A DNA stretch of 64,000 nucleotides. It comes from Mobula hypostoma. Taxonomy: Eukaryota. The notes beneath the pieces were generated by a model, which made no database searches, was not told the DNA's origin, and was given only the letters and a program-made list of their open reading frames with translations. The stretch lies in NCBI RefSeq assembly GCF_963921235.1, contig NC_086109.1, forward strand, positions 37,078,001-37,142,000, given 5' to 3'. Position 1 is the first letter of the stretch. Each line of letters starts with the position of its first letter. Positions 11,778 through 25,417 of this stretch are shown here, piece by piece. The position numbers and the translations under genes were made by a program.

Positions 11778-12757
11778 TTTGTCATATATATTAATGGTCT
11801 GGATGATGAGGTGGTAAATTGGATTAATAAATATGCAGATGATACTAAGATAGGTGGTGTTGTGGATGATGAGGTAGGTTTTAAAGCCTGCAGTGAGATT
11901 TAGGACAGTTAGAAGAGTGGGCTGGAAGATGGCAGATGGAGTTTAATGCTGAGAAATGTGAGGTGCTACATTTTGGTAGAACTAATCAAAATAGGACATA
12001 CATGGTAAATGGTAGGGCATTGAAGAATGCTGTAGAACAGAGGGATCTAGGAATAATGGTGCATAGTTCCCTGAAGGTGGAATCTCATGTGGATAGGGTG
12101 GTGAAGAAAGCTTTTGGTATGCTGGCCTTTATTAATCAGAGCATTGAGTATAGGAGTTGGGATGTAATGTTGAAATTGTATAGGGCATTGGTAAGGCCAA
12201 ATTTGGAGTATTACAGTTCTGGTCACCAAATTATAATTATAGGAAAGATGACAACAAAATTGAGAGAGTACAGAGGAGGTTTACTAAAATGTTGCCTGGG
12301 TTTCATCTGCTAAATTACAGAGAAAGGTTGAACAAGTTAGGTCTTTATTCTTTGGAGCGTTGAAGGTTGAGGGGGGACTTGATAGAGGTGTTTAAAATTA
12401 TGAGGGGGATAGATAGAGTTGACATGGATAGGCCTTTTCCATTGAGAGTGGGGAAGTTTCAAACAAGAGGACATGAGGTGAGCGTTAAAGGACAAAAGTT
12501 TAGGGGTAATATGAGGGGGAACTTCTTTACTCGGAGAGTGGTAGCTGTGTGGAATGAGCTTCCAGCAGAAGTGGTTGAGGCAGGTTCGATGTTGTTGTTT
12601 GAAGTGAAATTGGATAGGTATATGGACAGGAAAGGAATATAGGGTTATGGACTGACTGCAGGTTGGTGGGACTAGGTGAGAGTAAGAGTTTGGCATGGAC
12701 TAGAAGGGCTGAGATGGCCTGTTTCTGTGCTGTAATTGTTATATGGTTATATGGTTA
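11778..12757 (+). mobile_element. HER1/CR1 3' fragment with (TATATGGT)n tail
   Basis: Reads YADDTKIGG, MEFNAEKCEVLHFG and RGDLIEVFKIMRG. Ends ...GTTATATGGTTATATGGTTAT. Confidence 0.88.
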
Positions 12758-12976
12758 TAAGAAAGGTAATAGGGATAACTCTGGGGATTTTAAACTGGAG
12801 AGTCTTCTAAAAGTGGTGAACAAACTATTGGAGGGGATTCGTGGAGACAGGATTTGAATATAATTTGGAGAAGCATAGTTGGATTAGGAATAGCTTCCTG
12901 ACAGGCAGGCTTTGCGTCATAAGCCTGATTGAATTCTTTGAGGATGTGGCAAAGCATATTGCTGAAGGTAGCATAG

Positions 12977-13481
12977 TGTAACATCGAACTCAGGCTAACA
13001 AACCCAGGCGCAGAGTGACTGGAGACTCAAGTATAAAACAACAATGGGAGTTTATTCACAGAAGAATCAAAGGTGCACAGGTCAGTCAGAACGGACAGCA
13101 CTATGGAAAGTCTAGTTAAGGACCGAGTGGTGAGTGCTCAGCGCACGTAACTTAAATAGTACAAAGTCACATGAGAAACCCGCAGTCATCAATAAACAGC
13201 ACAATAAAACTTCAGGGAGCAATCAACAGGTAAAATAAGTCAGAATTAGGTAAATACGCAATATTCAGGTGAGGTAGAATGCTGAGGTCTGGGGACCTCA
13301 GGGATCTCCTACTTATAAGGCCATAAGATATAGGAGCAGAATTAGGCCATTTATCCCATTGAGTCTGCTCCACCATTTCATCTTGGCTGATTCAAATTTC
13401 CTCTCAGCCCCAGTCTCCTGCCTTCTCGCTGAATCCTGTCATATCCTGACCAATCAAAAATTATCCAAAGGGTTCATGGCA
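12977..13481. mobile_element. Solo LTR-like element with 5-bp TSD (CATAG), containing an antisense CR1 tail
   Basis: TG...CA termini and CATAG at 12972-12976 and 13482-13486. The host CR1 sequence resumes after it. A CR1 3' end is nested at ~13310-13465. Confidence 0.75.
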
Positions 13482-14320
13482 CATAGTTGGTGTGCTGCAT
13501 ATGGACTTTAGTAAGGAGTTTGACAAGGTTCCCCATGGTCGGCTCATTCTGAAGGTCAGGTGCCATGAGAAACTTGGCTGCGTGAACTCAGAATTGGCTT
13601 GCCCACAGAAGGCAGAGGGTGGTAGTAGTCAGAGAATATCTCCATGAAGGACGATGACCAGTGGTATTTCACAGGGATGCGTCCTGGGATCCCTGCTCTT
13701 CATGATTTTTATAAATGACTTGAATGAGGAAGTGGAATGGTCAGTAAGTTTGCAGACGACATGTAGGTTGGTAGTGTTGTACATGGTGTAGAAAACTGTC
13801 CCAGGTTACAACAGAACATTGATAGGGTGCAGCGCTGGGCTGAGAAGTGGCAAATAAAGTTAATTCCAGAGTAGAGTGAAGTGATAGACTTTGGGAGGTT
13901 GAACTTGAAGGCAGAATACAAGGTTAATGGCAGGATTGTTAACAGTGTGGAGGAACAGACAGACAACGTCCATAGATCCCTCAAAGCTCCTGTGCAAGTT
14001 GATAGGGTGATTATGAAGGCACATGATGTGTTGGGCTTCATTATTTGGGGGATTGATTTCAAGAACCTCAAGGTACTGTTGCAGTTCTATAAAACTCCGA
14101 TCAGACAACACAGGTAGGATTGTGTTCAGTTCTGGTTACCTCATTATAGGTAGAATGGACAAGCTTTAGTGTGGTTACAGGGGATACTTACCATGATGTT
14201 GCTTGGATCAGAGAGCAAGTCTTATGAAGATAGTTAGAGCAAGCTCGAGCTTTTATCTTTGGAGTGAAGGAGGGCGAGAGGCGACTTGACAGAGGTGTAC
14301 AAAATGATAAGAGGCATAGA

Positions 14321-15754
14321 TAAAAAAGGAGGGAGAGAGAAACCGGGGAATTATAGGCCGGTTAGCCTAACGTCGGTGGTGGGGAAACTGCTGGAGTCAG
14401 TTATCAAGGATGTGATAACAGCACATTTGGAAAGCGGTGAAATGATCGGACAAAGTCAGCATGGATTTGTGAAAGGAAAATCATGTCTGACGAATCTCAT
14501 AGAATTTTTTGAGGATGTAACTAGTAGAGTGGATAGGGGAGAACCAGTGGATGTGGTATATTTGGATTTTCAAAAGGCTTTTGACAAGGTCCCGCACAGG
14601 AGATTAGTGTGCAAACTTAAAGCACATGGTATTGGGGGTAAGGTATTGGTGTGGGTGGAGAATTGGTTAGCAGACAGGAAGCAAAGAGTGGGAATAAACG
14701 GGACCTTTTCAGAATGGCAGGCGGTGACTAGTGGGGTACCGCAAGGCTCAGTGCTGGGACCCCAGTTGTTTACAATATATATTAATGACTTGGATGAGGG
14801 AATTAAATGCAGCATCTCCAAGTTTGCAGATGACACGAAGCTGGGTGGCAGTGTCAGCAGTGAGGAGGATGCTAAGAGGATGCAGGGTGACTTGGATAGG
14901 TTGGGTGAGTGGGCAAACTCATGGCAGATGCAATTTAATGTGGATAAATGTGAAGTTATCCACTTTGGTGGCAAAAATAGGAAAACAGATTATTATCTGA
15001 ATGGTGGCCGATTTGTACAAGGGGAGGTGCAACGAGACCTGGGTGTCATTATACACCAGTCATTGAAAGTGGGCATGCAGGTACAGCAGGCGGTGAAAAA
15101 GGCCAACGGTATGCTGGCATTTATAACGAGAGGATTCGAGTACAGGAGCAGGGAGGTACTACTGCAGTTGTACAAGGCCTTGGTGAGACCACACCTGGAG
15201 TATTGTGTGCAGTTTTGGTCCCCTAATCTGAGGAAAGACATCTTTGCCATAGAGGGAGTACAAAGAAGGTTCACCAGATTGATTCCTGGGATGGCAGGTC
15301 TTTCATATGAAGAAAGACTGGATGAACTGGGCTTGTACTCATTGGAATTTAGAAGATTGAGGGGGGATCTGATTGAAACGTATAAGATCCTAAAGGGATT
15401 GGACAGGCTAGATGCAGGAAGATTGTTCCCGATGTTGGGGAGGTCCAGAACGAGGGGTCACAGTTTGAGGATAGAGGGGAAGCCTTTTAGGACCGAGATT
15501 AGGAAAAACTTCTTCACACAGAGAGTAGTGAATCTGTGGAATTCTCTGCCACAGCAAACTGTTGAGGCCAGTTCATTGGCTATGTTTAAGAGGGAGTTAG
15601 ATATGGCCCTTGTGGCTACAGGGGTCAGGGGGTATGGAGGGAAGGCTGGGTTCTGAGTTGGATGATCAGCCATGATCATAATAAATGGCGGTGCAGGCTC
15701 GAAGGGCCGAATGGCCTACTCCTGCACCTATTTTCTATGTTTCTATGTTTCTAT
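14321..15754 (+). mobile_element. Young 5'-truncated CR1/HER1-type LINE (sister of 8870-11133)
   Basis: Open RT frame to 15656 with FADD, plus a near-identical 3' UTR and the same (TTTCTATG)n tail. Confidence 0.95.
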
Positions 15755-16394
15755 AAAGTGAATAGCCGAAGTCTTTTTTCCCAGGGAAGATAGGTTAGAA
15801 TTGTTAAGGTGATTTGAGGAAAGTACAGGAGACATATCAGCAGTAAGTTCTTTACACAGAGGTAGGTGGGTACATAGAATGCCCTGCCATGGGTGGCGGT
15901 AGAGGCAGATATATTAGATGCATTAAAAAAACTTAGATATGTACATGGATGGAGAGCTATTTAGGAGGGGGGGATTAGATTGATTTTAGAATAGTATAAA
16001 AGATCAGCACAATGTCGTGGACCAAAGGGCCTATACAGTGCTGTAATATTCTATGATATAAACAGGTTAGGTGAATGGGCGAGGACATATAGTCTCGGAA
16101 TATATGAAACTATCCAAAAGAACATGCAAAACATGGAACAGGGATAGGCTATCTGGGTCAGAAAGCCTGCTCCTCCAATGAGCATGTTCCTAGCCGATCT
16201 GCTGACAGCCTTAGCTCCTCATTTCATGCTAGTTCACCATTTCTCAACTCACTAATTTTCAAAAAGTTTCCTGCTTATATTTTAAATACCCATAGCCTTC
16301 CAGAGCAAAGAGTTCCACTGATTCATCAGCACCCTCTGCAAAGGAAGTTGCTTCACAGCTCAATTTTTAATAACCAGCCCCTAATTTTGTAACT

Positions 16395-17590
16395 TTGACG
16401 GAAAAAAAAGAGAAAGGTATATTCTTAAATGGTGAGAAACTGAAAGATACTGGTGTTTATAAGAACTTAGACAACTTTGAACACAAGTCACTGAAAGTTA
16501 ACAAGCAGCAAACAATTATGAAAACAAGCAGTGTGATCACATTTGCTGCAAGAGAAATTGAATTAGAGCGAAGAGTCAATTTACTCCATTTATGTAGGAT
16601 CCCTTTGAGACCACAGCTAGAAAAAGTAAAATAGCAGGATCTTGCATCCACTGGCTGGAAATCCTGATGATGCAGCATCTAGCTCACTCATTAGTTCAGA
16701 TTATGAACCAGAGACCCAGAGTGCAAGCAAGATGTGTGGCCAAAGCAGGACAGCCGGTGTTGGGGCTCAGACTGCGGGCTGGGAGCACGGCTGGGTCTGG
16801 CCCCTGGGGTCCTAAGCATCCAGCTCAGGCATGTGGGTAGGTTTGGGCTGAAGCTAGTCTCTAAAAGGCTTATACATTTCTTGCTCTTTCTAAATTCACT
16901 GGACATTGGGAGATTTATGACACCACTGTGTAACATACAAAAATAGTGGAATAGAAGTGTGTTTGGGATTTTAATAGAAGTAACATTTAATAATCTGCAA
17001 AATCTGATGATCCCACATTGCCACAGTCCCAAGGGTGCCAGACTAACCAAGAATTACAAATTTATGAATCAGTCTGGTTTACCTGTCTAAGGAAGGATAT
17101 AATTGCAATAGAGGAAATGCAGTAAAATCCACTCGATCGATTCCTGGAATGAGATTGTCCTTTTGGGAGTAATTAAGCAGCCTGGGCTCGCACACTCTGC
17201 AGTTTAGCATAATGTGAGGCAATCTTAAGAAAATGTACTGAATTCTTATGAGGATTGACAGAGAAGATATAGTGTTGACACTTCCCCTGCCGGAGTGCCC
17301 AGAGCAAAGCATTGCTCACAATAAGCAATCAGCCATTCAGGAAAATGATGGAAAGAAATTTCTCCAATTAACTGGCTACAAATTTTAGAATCATCAACCC
17401 AGAGAAGTCTATGGAGAATGATTTTCTGAATCTATTTAAGACAGAGATCAATAAAGTTTACATATTAAAGAAGTCACAATGGGTAAGGCTTTCTTACAGG
17501 AAGGTAGCATTGAGATAAATGATCAGGTATGGTCATACTGATTGCAAGGCAAGATAAGGGACCAAATAACCTACTCTTTGTTTTCTTGTT
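16395..17590 (+). mobile_element. Very decayed CR1 3' fragment with an unidentified insert (~16640-17070)
   Basis: Reads FLNGEKL...LRPQLE, resumes at ~17070 with CR1 C-terminal sequence and ends ...ACCTACTCT. Confidence 0.55.
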
Positions 17591-17872
17591 CTACTGTTGC
17601 TGAGAGACAGATGTAATTATTACATGAATTTTGATCCTAGAAGCTCAGAAAAAGAAATGGAATGATGATGATGTATTAGCTGAAAAGGTAACCACCATGA
17701 TTAATGGTGAGAAGAGGGACACAGGAGAGTAAAGATAGAGTTAATACAAGAAGAATCCCATTAAATAGTACAAGAAATAAAAGAACAATAAATAGTAACT
17801 GTAAGAAATATACTAATAAAAGAATCTGAGGAAAAATTGTAATTAGTTGCAGGTATTTACAGTGTATATATA

Positions 17873-19044
17873 CAATCAGTGGCCACTTTATTAGATACCT
17901 CCTGACATAATAAAGTGGCCACTGAGTATACCTTTGTGGCTGTCTGCTGCTGTAGCTCATCCACTTTAAGGTTCGTGTGTTGTGCATTCAGAAATGCCCT
18001 TCTGCATACCATGTGGTTATTTGAGCTACTATCACAATCCTGTCAGTTTGGTGGCCATTCTCCTCTGACCTCTCTAATCCAGGATCTCACCTAGACTGTT
18101 CATACTGGCTGTGTGATGGAAAAGAAAAGCACAACAGTGACTCTTTCGCCTCAGGCGGCTGAAGAAGATTGGCACGAGTCCCCAGATCCTCAGGACTTTC
18201 TACAAGGGGCACCATCGAGAGTATCCTGACTGGCTGTGCAACTGCCTGATACGGGAACTGCAGAGGCATTGCAGAGAGTGGTGCGGACATCCCAGCACAT
18301 CTATGGATGTGAACTTTCTTCTATTCAGGACATTTACAGCAGCAGGTGCATAAAAAGGGCCCAGAGGATCACCAGGGCTCCAGCCATCCCAACCACTAAC
18401 TATTTCAGCTGCCGCCACATGGCAAATGGTACCGTAGTATTAAGGCCAGGACCAAAAGGCTCCGGGACACCTTCCTTCACCAGACCATCAGGTTTATCAA
18501 TACACATTGATCTGACTGCATATCTGACCGTACATTGTATCTGACTGTACATGCATGTATACAAAACAAATATGTACACAATCTTAATGTTTGGGCAATA
18601 TCCTCCCACATTTCCCTTATATAGTGACAGAAACACAACATAAAGATTATAACTCCCTAATGTTGTGAGATAGATATAAGACATATAATTCTATTTTATT
18701 AACAAAGAGCTCTCACTCACAGAACTATCACTCACTTGATGTTTCTTTTGTTTTTCCACACCATTCTCTGTAAACTCTAGAGGCTATTGTGCATGAAAAT
18801 TCCAGGAGACCGGCAGTTTCTGAGATACTCAAACCACCCCATCCGGCACTAACAATCAATCCACGGTCAAAGTCACTTAAATCACATTTCTTCCCCATTC
18901 AATTGTATTTCAGATGGAACTTCAGAAACTTTTGATCATGTCTGCGTGCTTTTAGCATTGAGTTGCTACCACATGATTGGCTGATTAGATATTTGCAATA
19001 ACAAGCAGATGTGCCTATGTACTTAATAAAGTGAGCACTGTGTA
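17873..19044. mobile_element. Tc1/mariner-type MITE interrupted by a Rex1 fragment
   Basis: Left TIR TA|CAATCAGTGGCCACTTTATTAG and right TIR ...TAATAAAGTGAGCACTG. The body matches 20841-21365. Confidence 0.7.
18087..18690 (+). mobile_element. Rex1/Babar LINE 3' fragment
   Basis: Reads FYKGTIESILTGCATA.YG and ALQRVVRTSQHI, typical of the Rex1 C-terminus. Confidence 0.8.
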
Positions 19045-20840
19045 CATATGTGATTTTGTGTTAAGATTCAATACTTAAAAGCTACAATGGTTATGTCTTT
19101 CCTGAAGAATTTCTAATGACTTGATCTTACTGCTTACTTGTGGCTTCACAACTGTTGTTGATTGCTCAATATCACATTAACCAATTAGCTTTTGTTATCA
19201 GGTTGGCCATTTTATATTGTTCATGCATTTCAGTCAGTTAGAAGCATTTTGTTGGAAGACATGGAAGACAAGAGAGTTTTGATCAGTGTTTGAATCTACA
19301 TGGTACCTTTCATGAGAACACTGAGAAGTGCTATCTTTTTACACCAGCTCTTTGTATACAGTAATACACTGGTGAATAATAAAACTATCTTCAACTACGT
19401 CGAGATTAGAGTTGTCTGTCTCTCTAGCTTGAGAAAACAGGGAAACTATTGAGTCATTATCTTGCTGCTGCTTATGCGTGGGAGGGGGAACTGGGGGGCT
19501 TTGGGGTTCTAACATTTAACTGTCATTCATTCTTTGGGGTACTCCTCTGTTTTCATGGATATTTGCAACGAAAAAGAACTTTAGGATGTATAGTGTATAC
19601 ATTTCTTTGACATTAAATGTACCTATTGAATAATAATTACCTCAATGAAAAAAGTTTGAACAGGTTCATTGCTATATTTAATTTTACAGGGTATAAAGAG
19701 GCAAATATTATTGACTTATAGCAAAAGAAAATTGAAGCCGATAAATACTATTCCAAAATAGAAAAATGAACAGCAGATGAGCATATTAGCTTCAACTCTA
19801 GGTAGTTAAATAACTGAACCAAAAGACATTTCTAATCTAAATTGAAGCTATCTTAATGAGCGAAGTTCAATTTCAAATAATTAGAAACAAGAAAAGCATA
19901 CATTCAATTGAACAGAACTACATCACAAAATTAAATGTCTCAAAACTTCAGAACAGTGAATACTTTGGGCAGCAATTACAATTGTATAGAGCATTAACTG
20001 ATGTATAATTTCCATATTTAACAATTAAGTGGAGGAAAATCTGTTTTATTATATATATTAACAAATTATATCTGGATTTATTACTAAACTATCTCAAATC
20101 TGTAAATCCTAATTTACAGTTATAATCTGCAGGTATAGTTAAAAGTATTGTATGTAGCCTGTAGAATGCTTTTGTGGTTCACCGTCTCTATCTTGAAAGT
20201 TAATCTCACAGTTGTATATGATGGCATATACTGTATGTACTTTGATAATACATTTACTTTGAACTTTAAAAGGAACATTGTCTGAAATTAGTATTGAGAG
20301 AAAATACAAATTTGAAGTAATTCCATTTATAGATACTCAGTTCATTTCCTCCTTCCCACACAACACATTTTCTATTTCCAATGTTCAAGTTATTTGCAGC
20401 TGCTCAGTCCACTCTTGGTGGGAAGGTTCTCCCAATGCTGTCAATTTTATTTTTTGTTGGATTGTAGACAAAACAAAGTGGCTGGATCCTCCAGAATCAA
20501 TTAGCAGTCTTCTGCAAGCGACTGTGATGTTTTCGGAGCTGATTGTGATGTGGTGATTTCATTCCAAGTGCAAACTACAGAGTGTGATGCAGTCTAGATT
20601 TAATATCAAAGTAAACATAAGGCATGTTGTTTTTTCCTCTGCTGCAGCCCAACATCAGTGCTGATTTTAGACTCATTTGAAACTCCTCTGCCATGTTATT
20701 TATGATGTCTATAAAGCATTTAGAAGCTAATTAAGTAATATTACTCGTAAAATAATTACACGATGCTTCTTATACAATGTGTTTTAGAGCTTTACATGAT
20801 TTATAGGGAAAATGAAACCAAAAATTTCTGTTTCAAATAT

Positions 20841-21365
20841 ACGCTCCTGCATTATAATAAAATGATCATCAAGTGTCTGTTTGTGGTCTTCTTTTGCTGT
20901 AGTTCATCCATTTCAATGTCTGACATGCTGTGCATTCAGAGATCTCTTCTGTACACCACTGTTATAACATGTGGTTATTTGAGTTACTATTGCCTTCCTG
21001 TCAGCTTGAACCAATCTGGCCATTCTCCTCTGCCGTCTCTCATTAACCCACAGAACTGCCACTCACTGGATTTTTTTTTTTGTTTTACACACCATTCTCT
21101 GTAAACTCTAATGTTCGTTATGTGTGAAAATCCCATGAGGTCAGCAGGTATTGAAATGCTGAAACCACATCACCTGATACCAAGAATCATTCCATAATTA
21201 AAGTTACTTACATCACATTTCTTCCCCATTCTGATGTCTGGTTTGGAGAACATTTGACCCTCTGGAATAAGATTGCATGCTTTTATGCTACCATATGATT
21301 GGCTAATTAGATATTAGCATTAACAAGCTTGTGTACAGCTATACCTAGAAAAACTGACCACTGAA
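20841..21365. mobile_element. Tc1/mariner-type MITE (decayed copy)
   Basis: Colinear with 17930-18075 and 18715-19040 (CACAGAACTGCCACTCACTGGAT...CACCATTCTCTGTAAACTCTA). Confidence 0.65.
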
Positions 21366-21599
21366 TGCATGTGCAGATCTAATCTTCAAAACAGCTCACC
21401 TGAAATGCTGAAAACAACTGCAAACATGGTAATGTGAAAGTAAACTGCAAGTGGCCAGATATTTTCAAAAGGTAGCCAGAGAAATGTCCCTCTAAGTATG
21501 TTTTTAAATTCTCATTTTAGAAGGAAATTTATGATTATTTTACCTTCCCTGTACCGTAAGAAAGATTCTTCATGTACAAATGACAACTAAGGGCAGCTT

Positions 21600-21734
21600 T
21601 GTAAAATTAAGTTCATTATTGAGAGATAGTGCAGAGCACACCAGGATGCCAGCATGCAAGAAAAATATGAATTCCTCCTATGTGGAAGTAACTAACTGAT
21701 TGGCATAAGATTAACAGTATTAACTACCACTACA
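21600..21734 (-). repeat. Gypsy 3' LTR (diverged)
   Basis: Shares TTATTGAG.GATAGT..AGCACACCAG.ATGCCAGCA...ACCACTACA with 34124-34278. The left boundary is approximate. Confidence 0.75.
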
Positions 21735-21746
21735 TCTCCCCTTGTT
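21735..21746 (-). other. Polypurine tract of Gypsy element
   Basis: Minus strand AACAAGGGGAGA immediately precedes the LTR start TGTAGTGG. Confidence 0.75.
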
Positions 21747-23271
21747 GGAAAAAAGAAAAATCTAGATATGTACTTCTTGTCCATAGAACTGCATTGAAAT
21801 TATAATCACTGAAATTGAGCAATTCAGTTCACTTTATCCATAGCATGGAACTTATGCTCCTTACATAAACATAGAAAGAATTTCTAACATTATAACTGTG
21901 TTTCTCTTTGTTTTTAGTGGTCTTTCTCCCTTTGATTTCCTCTTTTCACCAATTCCTTTTTCTCGAGGACAGTCTCATTTTGTGAAATGTTTTCAACATA
22001 AGAACTCTTTTAAAAAGAAATCTAATGGAGATCAGGGAAGACTACCTGAACACTCCAGCAAAGTGAAAGGACTATTCTGCCTCTTTAGTCACTTGCTCTA
22101 ACCTTTTAGACCATGAAGTATATCTCTGTGGTGGGACAGATAAATGAGCATATCTGGTATAGGTTCCTGGAAGAGTTGGAGTGGATGGAGATTCCTGAAG
22201 AGGTGCATCCACCTCAGCTAAGTAACCCTCATCATAAGGATCAGGCCATTGTTACAAGGGGGTTGCTGGGAGCGGACCCAAATGCAAGACACAGACACTG
22301 AAGTATTAAGAACAGGACGTGACTGGTTGCAGACTAGGAGCTGGGACAAGAACACAGACTTGGGATAGGCAAGCAGGACCAGGACAAGGAACTGGGAACT
22401 AGGAGTCTGGGCATGGACTCTGAGCCAGAGACTGGACAAGGACCTAGAACCTGGGTCTTGACTTGGGCTTGGACCCCGGAACTTGGCGAGGACATGATGT
22501 GGCTACAGGACTAGACATGGCTTGGGTTCCTCGAGGCGAGGACATGATGGGGCTTGGGTTCCTCAAGGCAAGGACATGACGAGGCTTGGGTATGCACTCC
22601 GAGCCAGAGACTGGGCAAGGACCCAAAACCTGGGTCTTGACTTGGGCTCAGACTCCAGAACTAGATGAAGACATGATGTGGCTACAGGACTGGATGAGGC
22701 TTGGATTCTTTGAGGCTTTCCTGGGCAGGACGAGGTACTCCTGGGCTGGGCGAGGCACAAGGTCAGGATCAGACCCTGAAGCCTTGACTTAGTCTTGGGA
22801 GACTGGAACGCAGAGCCTTGGTCAAGGTAGACTGGAACGCAGAGCCTTGGTAATCTTGAGAGACAGGAACATGGAACACAGAGCCAGGACCCCTCCTTGG
22901 AAACAGGACATAGGGTCGGGACTCATACACAGAACACAGAGGCAGATCTTCACTCAAGGAAGCAGCAAACGGCCTGACCTACCCAGCAGAGGCGAGGGCA
23001 CAAAGAGACGGTTCCCAACACTTGGTAGCAGTAAACGGCCGGACCTACCTAGTGAAGGCGTAGACACAGAGACAGTTCAAAACAACAATAGACACTTCCT
23101 TATCTTGCTCCGTCAGTTGAACTTAACAGTGGTGCAGGTGAAGTTTGCAGGCGAGGGTTACAGGCGAGGCAAGGTTCCAGACACTGGTTGCAGGCCAAGG
23201 CTTCAGGAGGAAGGAGCAGAGAAGGGAGACAGACAGGAGTTTTGGACAGGAACAACCCAGCAACTGAAGCT

Positions 23272-25012
23272 CTCTTTCTCTCTCACACTCTCCGTCTTGT
23301 TTTACGGCGGTTGGCACCCAGCTTAATGGTACATTACCGCCACCTTCTGCTCTGGAGTGTGCAATAGACCTACATTCTAAATCCCTTCACCCAATCACAC
23401 ACCCACACATACCCTAACCTGCCTTTAATATCATCATTCCAAATAACCTGACTCCTAAGCTAAGGAACCTGGACCTCAGCACTCAGATCTGCAGCTAGAT
23501 CTTCAACTTCCTCACAGACAGGACCCAGGCTGTAAAAATAGGGGACAAGCCCTCCTCTACAATCATTCTAAGCACAGGTGCCCCACAAGAGTGTGTACTC
23601 AGCCCCCTGCTGTACTCACTGTACACCCATGATTGTGTAGCCAAGTTTCCATCAAACTCCATATACAAGTTTGCTGATGACACAACAATTGTAGGCCGTA
23701 TCTCGGGTAATGATGAGTTTGATTACAGAGGGGAAATTAAGAACCTGGTGGCATGGTGCGAAGACAAAAACCTATCCCTCAAAGTCAGCAAGATGAAGGA
23801 ATTGGTTGTTGACTTCATAAGGAGTAGCTGACCGCACAACCCAATTTACATCGGTGGTGTGCAAGTGGAACAGGTCAAGAGCTTTAAGTTCCTCAGGGTC
23901 AATATCACAAATGACCTGACTTGGTCCAACCAAGCAAAGTCCACTGCCAAGAAGGCCCACCAGTTCCCTTACTTCCTGAGAAAACTGAAGAGATTTGGCC
24001 TGTCCCTTAAAACCCTCACTAATTTTTATAGATGCACCGTAGAAAGCATTCTTCTTGGGTGCATCACAATCTGGTATGGAAGTTGTCCTGTCCAAGACCG
24101 GAAGAAGCTGCAGAAGGTTGTGAACACGGCACAGTAAATCACACAAACCAATCTTCCATCCTTGGATTCACTTTACACCACACGGTGTCGGAGCAGTTCT
24201 GCCAGGATAATTAAGGACACAACCCACCCAGCCAACACACTTTTCGTCCCTCTTCCATCTGGGAGAAAGCTCAGGAGCTTGAAAACTCATACGGCCAGAT
24301 TTGGGAACAACTTCTTTCCAACTGTGGTAAGACTGCTGAACAGATCCTGACCCGGATCTGGGCTGTACCCTCCAAATATCCGGACCTGCATCTCGGTTTT
24401 TTTGCATTACCTTACTTGCCATTTTTCTATTTTTGATTTATAATTTAAATTTTTAATATTTACTATCGATTTGTAATCCAGGGAGCGGAAAGCGCAGAAT
24501 CAAATATCGCTGTGATGCTTGTAAGTTCTAGTATCAATTGTTTGGCGACAATAAAGTATGAAGTATAAAGTATTATCCTCCCATTTTTGGCCATCCTGGT
24601 ACCCTATTCCTGTTTATCCATCATATCCTATAAAAAAAAACCCTGTATCCCTTAAGAATGCTAAAGATATCCTAACTGTGCTCTCTCACCAATGCCCAGC
24701 AACCCTTTTAATGTGAATTCCCGCACCCCCATTTCCCTTAGTTTAATTCTCATCATCTCTCTCTGTATCCCATACTTCCTGCAACTCAGAACTACATGTT
24801 CTACTGACTCCTCTTCCTGACATTCCTCGTACAATCCTGTTTGGTGTTTCCCTACCATTTTCAGTGTTTTGTTTAATGCACAGTGCCCCAGCCTTAATGT
24901 AGTCCACACAGTTTCCTCTGTTCTGTATCCACTACTTACCTTAGCAACACTTTTTTTGTATTTGATATAAAGGCCTCCCTTTCCCCCTCCCTGTTCCATC
25001 TTTCTTACCACA
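23272..25012 (-). mobile_element. 5'-truncated I-group (Nimb-like) LINE, interrupted by Rex1
   Basis: ORF2 C-terminus LRLGH...ECQEEESVEHVVLSC (CCHC-like). The 3' end reads GGTGGCGGTAATG...GCCAACCGCC plus a purine-rich tail. A 31-bp TSD lies at 23241-23271 and 25013-25043 (29/31 match). Confidence 0.85.
23420..24573 (+). mobile_element. Rex1/Babar LINE, 5'-truncated
   Basis: Reads AFNIIIP...[23 protein letters not shown]...[10 protein letters not shown] and FYRCTVESIL. Tail AATAAAGTATGAAGTATAAAGTAT. Confidence 0.9.
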
Positions 25013-25325
25013 TTTGGACAGGAACAATCCAGCAAATGAAGCTCTTCTTCTTCTTCTTCTTCTTTTTTGTTTTATGGTGGTTGGCAACAAGTTTTCAGTG
25101 CATTACCGCCACCTGCTAGACTTCTTGTGTTCCAACCAAATATGTCCTGGAGTTCTCTACCTTAGACAATCTAGTTCAGCCTGCAGTTCTCTATTAGCAT
25201 CACTCTGTAGTTGCAATTCCTCGTGACTGCTTAATGCGCTCATTGGATAATGCCACAAACTGCTATTCTTCCCTAATTTTGTCACATGTTTTCGCGTAGG
25301 TGTAGTACCTCAATTACATTGATTT

Positions 25326-25417
25326 CATCTACATCACTTAAAGATTAAATTCACTACATCATCTACATCACTTAAAGATTAAATTCACTACATCATCTAC
25401 ATCACTTAAAGATTAAA
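25326..25417 (+). repeat. 34-bp tandem repeat x2.7 (CATCTACATCACTTAAAGATTAAATTCACTACAT)
   Basis: Units start at 25326, 25360 and 25394 (partial). Confidence 0.95.

Larger units (their letters stand above)
11320..16040 (+). mobile_element. Old CR1 LINE ORF2 remnant hosting nested insertions
   Basis: Decayed CR1 RT segments at 11330-11775, 12758-12976, 13487-14320 and 15755-16040 are colinear once the inserts are removed. Confidence 0.7.

Noticed and set aside
14286..15656. 456-aa ORF as a standalone RT gene
   Set aside because: It is a chance in-frame fusion. The first ~12 codons belong to the old host CR1 and the rest is a 5'-truncated young CR1 without an endonuclease.
19234..19363. Plus-strand exon candidate
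   Set aside because: The frames end in stops, there is no strong donor and no recognisable peptide.
22847..23326. 159-aa ORF
   Set aside because: It runs through LTR repeats into an antisense LINE tail and has no domain features.
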